Shown here piece after piece: positions 26,523-35,499 of a DNA stretch of 64,000 bases (position 1 is the first letter of the stretch; the number at the start of each line of letters is the position of its first letter). A program made the translations under genes and the position numbers. This DNA comes from a virus: positions 26,049 through 90,048 of IMG/VR virus record IMGVR_UViG_3300028794_000198; one strand, given 5' to 3'. The notes beneath the pieces were generated by a model. The model was given only the letters and a program-made list of their open reading frames with translations. It ran no database searches and was not told the DNA's origin.

Positions 26523-27820
26523 GACGGGTCCTTCTGGGTGCTCTGCTCAAGGCGTGCCTGAGTGCGGGCGATAGGGCTGGGCGGCTGGCTGTCGCCGGCC
26601 CGTCGGACGGGCGGAGTGCCGCCGTTGTTGCGGCGCCCGTCGGGGGCGTTCGGGTCACGCTTGGAGCGGGGACCCTTTTGGGATTCGATCAGCGAGAACT
26701 CGCCGAAAACGGGCGCTTCAGTGACGGTCCGCATGTGGGCCTGTGCGGCGCGCGACTGAGCTTCGATTTCGGGACGGATTCCGACCGTCTTGCAGCCGGT
26801 AACGAGGAACCAGGACTCGGCCCAGATCTGGTCCGTGACGAACCTGGAACCGCGCGCGGAACGGATCGCGTCAGCGACCTGCCACACGTCGCCGTGCGTC
26901 GCCTCGCGGTCGGCGTCCTTGCGGGTCTGCTCCTCCTCGGCGGCCTTCTCGCGGGCCACCCTCTCGGCTGCCGCTTTCGTATCGGCAGCCTGCTTCTCGG
27001 CGCGCGCCTTCTCGCGGGCGGCGTCCGCCTGGGCCTTGGCGCGCTCGGCAGCCCGGCGCTCACGGCCGGATGGGATCCCGTCGACCTTCTGCGCGATGCC
27101 GTGCTCGTAGGTCATCAGCACGATCGGTCCACCGAGGGAAGCGATCGCGCCGATGATGCCGGCGTTGAGGCCGATCGCCGGGTCGGTCATGCCGCCGTAC
27201 AGGTTGACGGCTGCGGCGATCACGGCGCCAACCATGATGCCGACGCGGTAGGGGCGAACGTCGCGCCGGTGGGCAACCGCCCATGCGGCGCCGAACGCGA
27301 GGACGAGGGCGAAGCCTTCGAGCAGTGCCGGGGCAGCGATGAGGAACTTGCGGTGCGGGTCCCAGAAGTGCATGAACTGCACCGGCGCTGCGATCACCAA
27401 GCCGACGGCATAGATGCCGCGGGCGCCCCACTTCCACCAGCGCTCCGAACGCTTCTGCTCCTTGGCGATCCGCACCTCCAGAGCTTCCGCCTCAGCCTCG
27501 GCCGCGTCTGCCTTCTCCCGATCCGCTTCGGCCTTGGCGGCTTCGGCGGCCTTCTTGGCGAGGTAGACGTCGTGGTCGGCCTGCTTCCTCTCCTGGGCCA
27601 GGCGGGCTCGCTCGTTGGTGAGCCGTTCTTTTTCGGCTTGTTCGGCGGCGAGGATCTCGGCAGCCTTCGCCTCGCCTTCAGCCTTGATGCGTAGCGCGTC
27701 GGCTTCAGCAGCAGCCCGGGTGCGGATCGCCTCCGCCTCGGCCAGCGCGCGCGGGTCGAACCGCGGCTCGGGCGAGGCCAGCGGCGAGCCGTTGACCTTC
27801 TTCTCGACGGAGGTTGTCAC
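26519..27820 (-). CDS. SpdB2/DUF2637-like spread protein
   Basis: Coiled coil, four TMs (AAPALLEG...AAAVNL), coiled coil; coupled to the traB-like gene. Confidence 0.7.
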   Translation of the reverse strand: MTTSVEKKVNGSPLASPEPRFDPRALAEAEAIRTRAAAEADALRIKAEGEAKAAEILAAEQAEKERLTNERARLAQERKQADHDVYLAKKAAEAAKAEADREKADAAEAEAEALEVRIAKEQKRSERWWKWGARGIYAVGLVIAAPVQFMHFWDPHRKFLIAAPALLEGFALVLAFGAAWAVAHRRDVRPYRVGIMVGAVIAAAVNLYGGMTDPAIGLNAGIIGAIASLGGPIVLMTYEHGIAQKVDGIPSGRERRAAERAKAQADAAREKARAEKQAADTKAAAERVAREKAAEEEQTRKDADREATHGDVWQVADAIRSARGSRFVTDQIWAESWFLVTGCKTVGIRPEIEAQSRAAQAHMRTVTEAPVFGEFSLIESQKGPRSKRDPNAPDGRRNNGGTPPVRRAGDSQPPSPIARTQARLEQSTQKDPS

Positions 27821-27838
27821 GATCGGGTCCTTTCGGAT

Positions 27839-28042
27839 TCAGCCGCGCGGGGCGGCGCGGTGGGCGATGAACGTTGCGGTGGCGTTGGCCGCGCTGTAGG
27901 CGGTCGCGTAGAACACGGCGACAGCTGCGGCGACCGTGACGACGGTGGGGGCGCCGAGCGTGCTGACGGCGGTCAAGGTGACGGAGGCGACCAGGGCGGA
28001 TGCGACGCCGATCGCAACCAGGACGAGACGGTTCAGGCACAT
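27839..28042 (-). CDS. Small two-TM protein
   Basis: MCLNRLVLVAIG...; hydrophobic. Confidence 0.6.
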   Translation of the reverse strand: MCLNRLVLVAIGVASALVASVTLTAVSTLGAPTVVTVAAAVAVFYATAYSAANATATFIAHRAAPRG

Positions 28043-28043
28043 G

Positions 28044-28241
28044 TCAGCCCCTCCCCCGCCGGGTCGTCTTGCGCCAGCCGAAGCCGCCGGGGAGGTTCCA
28101 CGACGTGGTACGACGGCCGGTCGAACTGCGGGTGTAGTGCGGCGTGTTCTTGCCGCCCAACGTGATCGACCAGCTGTGCAGGCCGATGTTGACGCGGACA
28201 CCGGGCAGGACCCGGAAGGACTTGCGGAAGGTGATCGGCAT
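28044..28241 (-). CDS. DUF4236-like protein
   Basis: FRKSFRVLPGVRVNIG..S.S.TLG...NLPG. Confidence 0.8.
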   Translation of the reverse strand: MPITFRKSFRVLPGVRVNIGLHSWSITLGGKNTPHYTRSSTGRRTTSWNLPGGFGWRKTTRRGRG

Positions 28242-28519
28242 CAGACCGTCTCCGATCCGAGCGGCACCGGCGTGAAGCCGACCTCGCCGTCCACCTTGTC
28301 CGGGAAGTCAGGGCCCGCGACCTGGTGCGATCGCATCCGGTAAGGGCGCTGCAGCCGCCACACCATCGGCGTGTAGTCGAAGGCCACGGTGTAACCGTCG
28401 GCGGTCGGCCAGTCCAGTTCGGAGGCGGCGCGGACTGCGTCGGTCGGGTCGGCGGCGCGAACCCACTCGGTGTAGACGCCGGACGGGCGGGTCGGCCAGG
28501 TCACGCTGTACTTCTTCAT
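28241..28519 (-). CDS. Hypothetical protein
   Basis: GAGGAG RBS. Confidence 0.65.
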   Translation of the reverse strand: MKKYSVTWPTRPSGVYTEWVRAADPTDAVRAASELDWPTADGYTVAFDYTPMVWRLQRPYRMRSHQVAGPDFPDKVDGEVGFTPVPLGSETV

Positions 28520-28554
28520 GCGGTGCTCCTCTCAGGGGTGGGGTCGGGGGCCGC

Positions 28555-28728
28555 TCAGCCGCCGATTTCCTTCAGGTAGGCCTTGGCCTCGCTCTTCGAG
28601 ACCTCCAGGCAGGTGGCGACGATCGTTGCGTCGGCGTCGGGGTTGACCTCCCGGATCGCCTCGATGCGGCGGATGTGCTCGTCGTGCCGGACCGGGTTCT
28701 GCGGCACGTTGCGGTTGAACAGGCCCAT
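28555..28728 (-). CDS. Small HTH-like protein (not in ORF track)
   Basis: MGLFNRN...IVATCLEVSKSEAKAYL; GAGGA RBS. Confidence 0.6.
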   Translation of the reverse strand: MGLFNRNVPQNPVRHDEHIRRIEAIREVNPDADATIVATCLEVSKSEAKAYLKEIGG

Positions 28729-28740
28729 ATCGGGTTCCTC

Positions 28741-29037
28741 TCAGGCGGGCGCGCCGGTGCGCGCCTTGTGGAATTCGCGGATGAACTCGTCGGTGAGCCC
28801 GGCGCCGAGTGCGGCCCCGACCGGGCCGATCCCGGTCACGTCAGCGGCCCACAGCTCCAGCCACGCCATACGGGTGGCGGCGTAGTTGATGACCGGGCGC
28901 ATGCAGCGGATCGCGAACACGACCGCCCCGAGCGCGCACATGACGGTCAGGGCGAGGGCCCGCAGCGCCCACCGGCCCGCGAACCGGGCAGCGAGATGCA
29001 GCCGACCGGGCTTCGCGGTGATCAGGTACGGGCGCAT
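28741..29037 (-). CDS. Hypothetical membrane protein
   Basis: ATG at 29037 with GAGGAG RBS. Confidence 0.6.
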   Translation of the reverse strand: MRPYLITAKPGRLHLAARFAGRWALRALALTVMCALGAVVFAIRCMRPVINYAATRMAWLELWAADVTGIGPVGAALGAGLTDEFIREFHKARTGAPA

Positions 29038-29054
29038 GCGGACTCCTCTCGGGG

Positions 29055-29567
29055 TCAGGCGATGGTGTGGATGGGTGCGCGCCGGGCCACACGAACGGGT
29101 CCGGCGGCGGGGTTGAGGTGGGCGGCGAGGCGCTCCAGTTCGCAGGCCTGGGCTTCGCCGTCGTCCCACTGCGCGTCGTACTGCTCCAGCTCGGCGGCCG
29201 GGAGCCGGGACAAGGCTTCTTCGGTGCGGAACTTTTCGACCCGCCGCACGCCCGGTCGCAGCATCTGCGCGGCGTGCACGAGTTCGTGAATGACGGTCTT
29301 GTCGACCTCGGACGCGTCGTAGAGGTGGGCTTGGGCGTTGACGACGGCGAGGACCCGGTCGAGGCCGTACAAGGTGCAGCCGTACAGGCCGTCGTCGTCA
29401 CCGGCGAGGAGGCGGGTGAAGTAGGTGCCGGTGACGAGGAGTTCCACCCCGAGCAGGCGCACACCCATCTCGCTCTCGACGAGCGCGGCGGCCTGGTCGG
29501 CAATGGCGCACACCCGGTCCAGGACTGGGCGTCGGGCCGGGCCGATGGCGTAGGCGTTGACCTGCAC
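29055..29567 (-). CDS. Putative zinc metallopeptidase
   Basis: IHELVHAAQ (HExxH) and downstream EAQA. Confidence 0.7.
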   Translation of the reverse strand: MQVNAYAIGPARRPVLDRVCAIADQAAALVESEMGVRLLGVELLVTGTYFTRLLAGDDDGLYGCTLYGLDRVLAVVNAQAHLYDASEVDKTVIHELVHAAQMLRPGVRRVEKFRTEEALSRLPAAELEQYDAQWDDGEAQACELERLAAHLNPAAGPVRVARRAPIHTIA

Positions 29568-29596
29568 GGGGGGCTCCTCTCGGGGTTGGGGGTCGG

Positions 29597-29782
29597 TCAG
29601 TTGCCGGGCTTGAGCTCGTCGGCGGTGTAGCCGCGGTAGCCGAGGACGGCCTCCTTGACGCGCCCGTCGATGCCCTTGACGGCGAGTTCACCGCCGGACT
29701 TGGAGCCGTCGTCGACGACCGTGCCGGTCTTGCCCTTCGCGTCGCCGGTGGTGACGGTGACCTTGTCGCCCTTGCGGAACAT
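29597..29782 (-). CDS. KOW-motif protein
   Basis: FRKGDKVTVTTGDAKGKTGTV. Confidence 0.7.
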   Translation of the reverse strand: MFRKGDKVTVTTGDAKGKTGTVVDDGSKSGGELAVKGIDGRVKEAVLGYRGYTADELKPGN

Positions 29783-29940
29783 GCGGGACTCCTTCGGTTC
29801 GGTGAATGGATGTGCTGGTGCCGGTCGTGCTGGGCGCCGCACCGTGGGGGCGATGCGGTCCCCGGCAGGACCAGGGGGTGGAGCCGTGGCGGCGAGGCCG
29901 CGGGGGAACGAATCCCACCGCCACGGCGATCAGGGGCCGC

Positions 29941-30090
29941 TCACCAGTACTTGGCGTCGGCGGGGTCGATCTTCGGCAGCTTCCGGGCCGTCTTGCGCAG
30001 GGCGTCCGCTTCACGCTTGGCGCGGGCGACTGCGGCGGGGTCGGGCTTCCGTGGCGGGGGCGCGTCGTCGCGCTTGCGGCCGAACATCAC
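29941..30090 (-). CDS. Small basic protein (not in ORF track)
   Basis: GTGA overlap; MFGRKRDD...KYW. Confidence 0.55.
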   Translation of the reverse strand: MMFGRKRDDAPPPRKPDPAAVARAKREADALRKTARKLPKIDPADAKYW

Positions 30091-30305
30091 AGGTAGCTCC
30101 CCGGGTCGGCCGCGACGAGCACCTCGCGCGACAGGTCACCCTGGGCCGGGCCGACCACACTGTCCGCCTCCAGCAGATCCAGCAGCCGGCAGGCCGTCTG
30201 GTAGCCGACTCGGAGACGCCGCTGCAGGCTCGTCACCGACGCGGACTGGAAGTAGATGACGTGGGTGCGGGCCTCGGCCAGCAGCTCCGGTGTCACGGCG
30301 GCCAT
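30087..30305 (-). CDS. Stand-alone FtsK gamma (winged-helix) domain protein
   Basis: ASVTSLQRRLRVGY..A.RLLDLLE...VVGPA.G...REVL. Confidence 0.88.
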   Translation of the reverse strand: MAAVTPELLAEARTHVIYFQSASVTSLQRRLRVGYQTACRLLDLLEADSVVGPAQGDLSREVLVAADPGSYL

Positions 30306-30514
30306 CAGGCAGCTGCCGGGTAGTTGAAGCCGTCGAGCTCGGCAAGCAGGTCGGCGTCGGCGGCGAGCCGGATCTCCGCCCGACGGGCCTTGCTGGCGGC
30401 GGCGTACTCGGTGAACACGTCGGAGATCGACAGGACCGTCGGGACGAGCACCAGGGCGCGGTCGGCGCCGCCCGTCAACGTGGCGTGATCGGCGGAGAGC
30501 AGGAAGGGGGACAT
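30305..30514 (-). CDS. Hypothetical protein
   Basis: ATG at 30514; coupled to the next gene. Confidence 0.55.
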   Translation of the reverse strand: MSPFLLSADHATLTGGADRALVLVPTVLSISDVFTEYAAASKARRAEIRLAADADLLAELDGFNYPAAA

Positions 30515-30561
30515 GGCGGGGGACCTTTCAGGTCGCAGAGAACGTGGAAGGGGGGCGGGGG

Positions 30562-30822
30562 TCAGGCGGTGCGGCGGCTGGGCAGCCACAGGCGGCGCTT
30601 GGGCTCGGGCTCGACGGGCGCGACCGCCTTCGGCTGCTGCAAGGCGTCGGCGATCCGGGCGAGCTGGATGTTGGTGGCCTGCTGCTCGGAGACCAGCGCG
30701 AGCAGGGCGTACAGGACGGCCTGCTGCTCGCCTTCCGTGCTGGTGATGCGGAGGCCATGACCGTCCCTGCCGTCGAGGCGGCGCCGCACGGTGGTCAGGT
30801 GCTGCTCGGTGGTTCCGGACAT
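30562..30822 (-). CDS. Hypothetical protein
   Basis: GGGAG RBS. Confidence 0.6.
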   Translation of the reverse strand: MSGTTEQHLTTVRRRLDGRDGHGLRITSTEGEQQAVLYALLALVSEQQATNIQLARIADALQQPKAVAPVEPEPKRRLWLPSRRTA

Positions 30823-30982
30823 GAGGGGACTCCCATTGGTGGGGCGAAGGTGGATGCCACGGCGGCGGGACGGGGGGATTGTCGAACCGCCGCCGTGGCG
30901 GTCTAGGGGTTAGGCCTTCGGCCGGGTCTCGGACTCCCGGTTGGCCTTGGCGACCTTCCGGGAGAGTTCGGCGCGCTCTGAG

Positions 30983-31162
30983 TCAGTCACCGGACTCACC
31001 GTCCGGCAGGAACTTGCCGCCGTCGCGGTGCGCATAGCTGACGTAGACGCCTTTTACGAGTGGGGCGCGGACGATGGCCATCAAGTCATCAGGCCAATAG
31101 CCGAGGAACACCTCGTCCACGCTGGCCGCCAACTCCTCCTCCGGCGACGGGTCGGCAGTCAC
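30983..31162 (-). CDS. Small hypothetical protein
   Basis: GTGA overlap; MTADPSPEEE... Confidence 0.5.
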   Translation of the reverse strand: MTADPSPEEELAASVDEVFLGYWPDDLMAIVRAPLVKGVYVSYAHRDGGKFLPDGESGD

Positions 31163-31353
31163 GGCGCCACCACCGTCAACTGCGGGGTGCCAACCTTGTA
31201 GGCGACGAAGCCGGTGGCGAGCCGCTGCCCGGTCGCAGCGTCGGCGACCGCGATCCGCAGCAGCGGGCCGCCGTCGAGAGGCTCGGCAATCGCGCCGATC
31301 ACCTCGTCGGCCTTCGCCTGCGCCGCCGTCAGGCGTGCCAGGTCGGCGGTCAC
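31159..31353 (-). CDS. Small hypothetical protein
   Basis: GTGA overlap. Confidence 0.55.
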   Translation of the reverse strand: MTADLARLTAAQAKADEVIGAIAEPLDGGPLLRIAVADAATGQRLATGFVAYKVGTPQLTVVAP

Positions 31354-31523
31354 GACTCGGCCTCGACGTCCGGGACGACGACCAGGAAGCGGTCGGTACG
31401 GATGTCCTGCACGACGGTCGCCGGGACGCCCTGGTCGCGGAACTGCTTCGCCTGCTCCTCCGCGGGCCAGGAGCCGCGCGGGTGGGAGGCCGGCGAGGTG
31501 GCGAGAACCTTGCGGCCGGTCAC
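31350..31523 (-). CDS. Small hypothetical protein
   Basis: GTGA overlaps at both ends. Confidence 0.55.
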   Translation of the reverse strand: MTGRKVLATSPASHPRGSWPAEEQAKQFRDQGVPATVVQDIRTDRFLVVVPDVEAES

Positions 31524-31723
31524 GACGCACCGTCCTCGGTGAGGATGAACGTCGCGGACTTGAGGTCACCGAACGCGCTGGCCCGCTCGCGGCCGAGCTG
31601 CGTGTGCTCAGCCGCCGTAGTGGCGGACTCGGTTCGATCGGCGATGTCGGTGATGCGACCGCGGGCATCGGCCTGAAGCGTGGCCGCGGCGGCGATGTCC
31701 TTCTTGCTGAAGCAGCCCATCAC
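31520..31723 (-). CDS. Small hypothetical protein
   Basis: MGCFSKKD...; coupled. Confidence 0.55.
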   Translation of the reverse strand: MMGCFSKKDIAAAATLQADARGRITDIADRTESATTAAEHTQLGRERASAFGDLKSATFILTEDGAS

Positions 31724-32085
31724 GCACCTGCCGTCTGCGGGTGCGGGCCGCGGGGACGCTGCGGGAGGCGCGGCTCGTTCGCTTTGGCGTGGTCGTCGGA
31801 GGCGACGAGGTGCAGCAGACCGGCGTCGGCGAGGGTAGCGCGGGAGCCGGCCATCAGCTCCTCGGCGAACTCCCACGAACGGACATCCAGCGCGGGCAGA
31901 CCGTTGCCGGTTGCAGCCTTCGCCGCCAGCTCGGCAGCGTGCAGGGCGGCCGACTCGTAGCGGGTCACCGCATCGACAACCGGCTTCGGGAAGGCGAGAC
32001 GCAACTCCAGGCGGGCCGGAGTGGGGACGGCCGGAGTGGGGAGCGGTGCGGTGGGGGTGTGCGGGGAAGTGCTGGTGGCGGCCAT
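31720..32085 (-). CDS. Hypothetical protein, first gene of the tra operon
   Basis: AAGGA RBS, ATG at 32085. Confidence 0.6.
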   Translation of the reverse strand: MAATSTSPHTPTAPLPTPAVPTPARLELRLAFPKPVVDAVTRYESAALHAAELAAKAATGNGLPALDVRSWEFAEELMAGSRATLADAGLLHLVASDDHAKANEPRLPQRPRGPHPQTAGA

Positions 32086-32167
32086 GAGCGGTGTTCCTTC
32101 CTCTGGTCGTAAGTCGCACAAAACGGTGTGGCCGCCATTTCGTCGGCCTTCCGGCGATGCGATACTG

Positions 32168-32196
32168 ACGGTAGACCGGTGGTCCACCGGTGTCAA
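32168..32196 (-). promoter_or_regulatory. tra-operon promoter with a palindromic operator
   Basis: TTGACA-17-TACCGT; spacer holds ACCGGTGG-T-CCACCGGT. Confidence 0.8.
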
Positions 32197-32263
32197 CCAG
32201 TTGACCGGAGGGAGAACCGTCCCTATGGTCAAGAGACATCCAGCGAAAGGAGAGGAAGGAGCG

Positions 32264-32983
32264 ATGCTTGGATACGCCGAAATCGCCGCACACTTCAGGA
32301 GGCAGATCACCGACGGGGAGCTCAATCCCGGAGATGCGATGCCGTCCTATACGGAGGCCTCCGACCAGTTCGGGGTGAACCGAACGACGGTGGTCCGCGC
32401 CTACGACATCCTCAAATCCGAAGGACTGGTCGCCAGTCGACCCGGAAAGGGAACGACCGTCGCCGCCCGCCCCAGCGTCATCATCAGCGGCGTCGACCGG
32501 CTTGACCGACTGAGCCGGACTGGTCGACGTTATGGGCCCGGAGAGGACTCGACAGGCCACCGTGTGATGTGGCGATCGGCGTATGACGTCGACGTGTGCC
32601 GCGCTCTTGAGATCGAACCGGGCGACGAGGTCGTGATCCGCATCCGCACGTTCCGACAGGACGGACGGGCGACAAGTGTCGGCATCTCGGTCTACCTGCC
32701 GCGAACTGTCGCCGAGGTCCAAGAGCTCGCCGAGAGCGAACGGATGGGGCGCTTCTTCGGTGAGATCTACACCGAACGCACCGGACGCGAAGTCACCAAG
32801 GGGCAGCGCACAGCCCATGCTCGGCAAGCCTCGCAGGACGAGATCGATGCCCTGCAACTCAACGTGCCCGCCCACATGGCGGTGTCCGTCCTCGTCACGA
32901 ACGTGACCTTCCACGACGAGGAGGGCCCACTCGCCTACTGGGAAGACGTCTACGCGCCGGGGGAGAAAATCCCGACCGCGTAG
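32264..32983 (+). CDS. GntR/HutC (UTRA) regulator, KorSA/TraR-like
   Basis: Y..IA..F...I..G.L.PGD.MPS...FGVNRTTV.RAY..L..EGLV.SRPGKGT; divergent from the tra operon. Confidence 0.9.
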   Translation: MLGYAEIAAHFRRQITDGELNPGDAMPSYTEASDQFGVNRTTVVRAYDILKSEGLVASRPGKGTTVAARPSVIISGVDRLDRLSRTGRRYGPGEDSTGHRVMWRSAYDVDVCRALEIEPGDEVVIRIRTFRQDGRATSVGISVYLPRTVAEVQELAESERMGRFFGEIYTERTGREVTKGQRTAHARQASQDEIDALQLNVPAHMAVSVLVTNVTFHDEEGPLAYWEDVYAPGEKIPTA

Positions 32984-33081
32984 AACGCGAAAGGCCGAGC
33001 GGTTGCACCCGCCCGGCCGTTTCGACCAGCGAGTTGCTGCTCGCTGATCTTCAACCGTCACTCGCCAGAGAGAAGGTCTCG

Positions 33082-33558
33082 ATGACCACTGTACTGCCCG
33101 CCCAGGCCTCTGCCCCCGCGACGTCTGTCACTCCCCCGCCCCGGACGTGGTCGTTCGTCGACCGCCGCACCGGTGAGGCCGTCGAGTATCGATGCATGGA
33201 CAACTGCACCCTGGATCATGGCCGCGAGGTGGGGCGCGCCATCTTCCGTGAGGACGTGTGGTGCTGGACGTGGGCCGAGTCCATGACTCTGCCAGTCAAC
33301 GAGAACGGAACGCCGGAGGAGATGGCCGTCCTCTCCACCGTCATCAAGGTCGAGCCGTTCTCCCGAACGATCTCCCAGCGCCTGCCGTATGCGGTCGTCG
33401 AGCTGGTCGAGGACCAGTTCATCGAGAACCTCGACCCCGACGGCTACGAGACGCTCATCCGCACACTGTCCGACCGCCTCGACCAGATGCGCGCCACGCA
33501 CCGCCGGCTCGTTGGGATCCGCGCCGCATACATGGCCCGGCAGGTGCGCGCCGCCTAG
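33082..33558 (+). CDS. DUF6907-like protein
   Basis: C...C..DH...DVWC...PF...LDP pattern. Confidence 0.55.
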   Translation: MTTVLPAQASAPATSVTPPPRTWSFVDRRTGEAVEYRCMDNCTLDHGREVGRAIFREDVWCWTWAESMTLPVNENGTPEEMAVLSTVIKVEPFSRTISQRLPYAVVELVEDQFIENLDPDGYETLIRTLSDRLDQMRATHRRLVGIRAAYMARQVRAA

Positions 33559-33650
33559 CGCCTTCAGTCCTCCCGCAACCAACCCGCAGGCGGCCCGGCG
33601 AGTTCCCATCGTCGGGCCCCGCGTCATCCGCAAACCTGGAGCATAGGTAC

Positions 33651-34352
33651 ATGCTGATTCACCGCAGGCCAGACCCCGCCGAAGCTGAGGCCGCCCAACG
33701 AGCTCTTCTGTTGGATGGGCGTCTGAGCCTTCTGACCGTCGGCGTTCTGATGAAGATTCTCAATCGCGCCCCCGAGTGGCAGATCAACGCCAAAACATTC
33801 CATGCAATGTGCGAGGAGGGGCGTGGCATCGGCGCCGAATCAGCACGCAGCATTCGGATGGCGTTCCGCGAGCTCGAAACGATCGGCTACATGCGCCGCA
33901 CCAAGGGCAAGAAGTCCAACGGCGACTTCTACACGTGGCTTGAGGTGTCCGATGTTCCGCACCAGTTCGCACCCTTCAGCCTGGCGGAACAACCGTCGGA
34001 GCCGGTCGCAGGCTACGAGCACGGAACGATGCCGACCGAAGGCTTCGTCTACATAATCAGCCCGGCAGAAAGTCGCGTCGTGAAAATCGGCACGACTGTG
34101 GATGTGTCGACTCGACTGCGGAGCATGCAGACGTCCAACCCTCAACTGCTCGTCGCCCGATGGTCGTGCCTAGGGAACGTCGAGCTGGAAAGCTTCCTTC
34201 ATCGCCGATTCGACCCCATCCGCGTCAAGGGTGAGTGGTTCGATTTCGGCGACGGGGATCCCATCGCCGAAGTTTCCGCAGCGGCGGAGTACTTCTACGA
34301 GTTGCCGTTTGGCTCCCTGAGTGAACCGGCAGTCGCGACCGAGCCGATCTGA
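33651..34352 (+). CDS. Initiator-like wHTH fused to a GIY-YIG (T5orf172/MUG113) domain
   Basis: DGRLS...GVL...W...RELETIGY; FVYII...VKIGTT...RL..MQTSNP...E..LH..F...RV.GEWF. Confidence 0.8.
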   Translation: MLIHRRPDPAEAEAAQRALLLDGRLSLLTVGVLMKILNRAPEWQINAKTFHAMCEEGRGIGAESARSIRMAFRELETIGYMRRTKGKKSNGDFYTWLEVSDVPHQFAPFSLAEQPSEPVAGYEHGTMPTEGFVYIISPAESRVVKIGTTVDVSTRLRSMQTSNPQLLVARWSCLGNVELESFLHRRFDPIRVKGEWFDFGDGDPIAEVSAAAEYFYELPFGSLSEPAVATEPI

Positions 34353-34412
34353 CGCTCAACACTTCGGCTCCCGCCTCCATCGTTAATACGCGGGGCCGCA
34401 GGCCCGGCCTTA

Positions 34413-34724
34413 GTGCGTGCGTGCGCGAGGCGGAAGCGGCAGGCGGGCAAGCCTGTCGATCATCGACGACGACCACATTTCAACGAGAGGTTCACTGTGG
34501 GACTGACGAAGGAGCAGATCGGCAGGCTCGAAGCCGACACCAGGATCGACGGGTCGGACCGCCGGCTGCTGATGTCGCTGTGCGACTACGACCCGGGGGA
34601 CGGCTCGGACGACAGTGGATGGGGCGGACTCCGGGTGATGTTCCGAAAGCTGGAGGCCGCCGGATACCTGACGATCGACGGACTCCACGTTCACGTCCGA
34701 GTACTTGAAACGGAGGCGCGATGA
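34413..34724 (+). CDS. Hypothetical protein (start uncertain)
   Basis: RKLEAAGYL wHTH-like; coupled to the next gene. Confidence 0.5.
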   Translation: MRACARRKRQAGKPVDHRRRPHFNERFTVGLTKEQIGRLEADTRIDGSDRRLLMSLCDYDPGDGSDDSGWGGLRVMFRKLEAAGYLTIDGLHVHVRVLETEAR

Positions 34725-35026
34725 GCAACATCCCGTACACCCACTGGTCGTACTTCCCAGACGAGGCCACCGCGCGCCGCTGCGCCCAGGATCTCGCCGA
34801 CTACATAACCCGCGTCCGTGAGCCGCTGCCGGACAGCACCGACTGGCTGCTGCTGGCGGGCCGGGACGTCAGCATCGACCACCTCGTAGCGCGCCACCGG
34901 GAGGTCGCCGCGATCGTCGAGCGGCACGGCGGCCGGTACGACGGCGGGGAGGCGGCCTACCTCGGAACGGGCCGGCCGGTCGCGGACCCGATGCTGATCG
35001 AGGACGACGACGGGGCCACTACGTGA
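34721..35026 (+). CDS. RraB-like (RNase E inhibitor) domain protein
   Basis: HWSYFPDEA.A..CA..L...W.L...ERHGGRYDG. Confidence 0.65.
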   Translation: MSNIPYTHWSYFPDEATARRCAQDLADYITRVREPLPDSTDWLLLAGRDVSIDHLVARHREVAAIVERHGGRYDGGEAAYLGTGRPVADPMLIEDDDGATT

Positions 35027-35406
35027 TCGCCGCCGCGGTCATCACCCACGCGGCCCGCGTCCTCCTCATCCGCCGCACAACCCCGGAGGCCGCCCTTCTG
35101 TGGTCGTTCCCTGCGGGCAAGCTGCACCCCGACGAGTCCCCTGTCGAGGCCGCTGTCCGCGAGGCCCTGGAAGAGGCGGGCGTGACGGTGGCCCCGCTCC
35201 AACTGCTGGGTGAGCGCACGCATCCGGTGACGGGCCTACGCGTCGTCTACATCGCCTGCGAGCTGGTCGGTGGCACGGCGCATGCGGCGTCGCCTCGCGA
35301 GGTGGCAGAAGTCCGCTGGGCGCGCCTCAGTGAGCTGCCAGGGCTGATCCCTGGCGGCATCTACGCACCGGTGCAGGCCTTCCTCGAAGGAGTCCTACCG
35401 CCGTAG
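35023..35406 (+). CDS. Nudix hydrolase (pSAM2 Pif-like context)
   Basis: Nudix box GKLHPDESPVEAAVREALEEAGV; HPVTG. Confidence 0.9.
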   Translation: MIAAAVITHAARVLLIRRTTPEAALLWSFPAGKLHPDESPVEAAVREALEEAGVTVAPLQLLGERTHPVTGLRVVYIACELVGGTAHAASPREVAEVRWARLSELPGLIPGGIYAPVQAFLEGVLPP

Positions 35407-35499
35407 CTCTCCGCCTCGCCCGCACCATCAGCCCTTCCGTCCCTCACCCATCCACCCACCCCTAAACTGACCCGGCCGCCGCCGAAAGGACCCTCCCGT

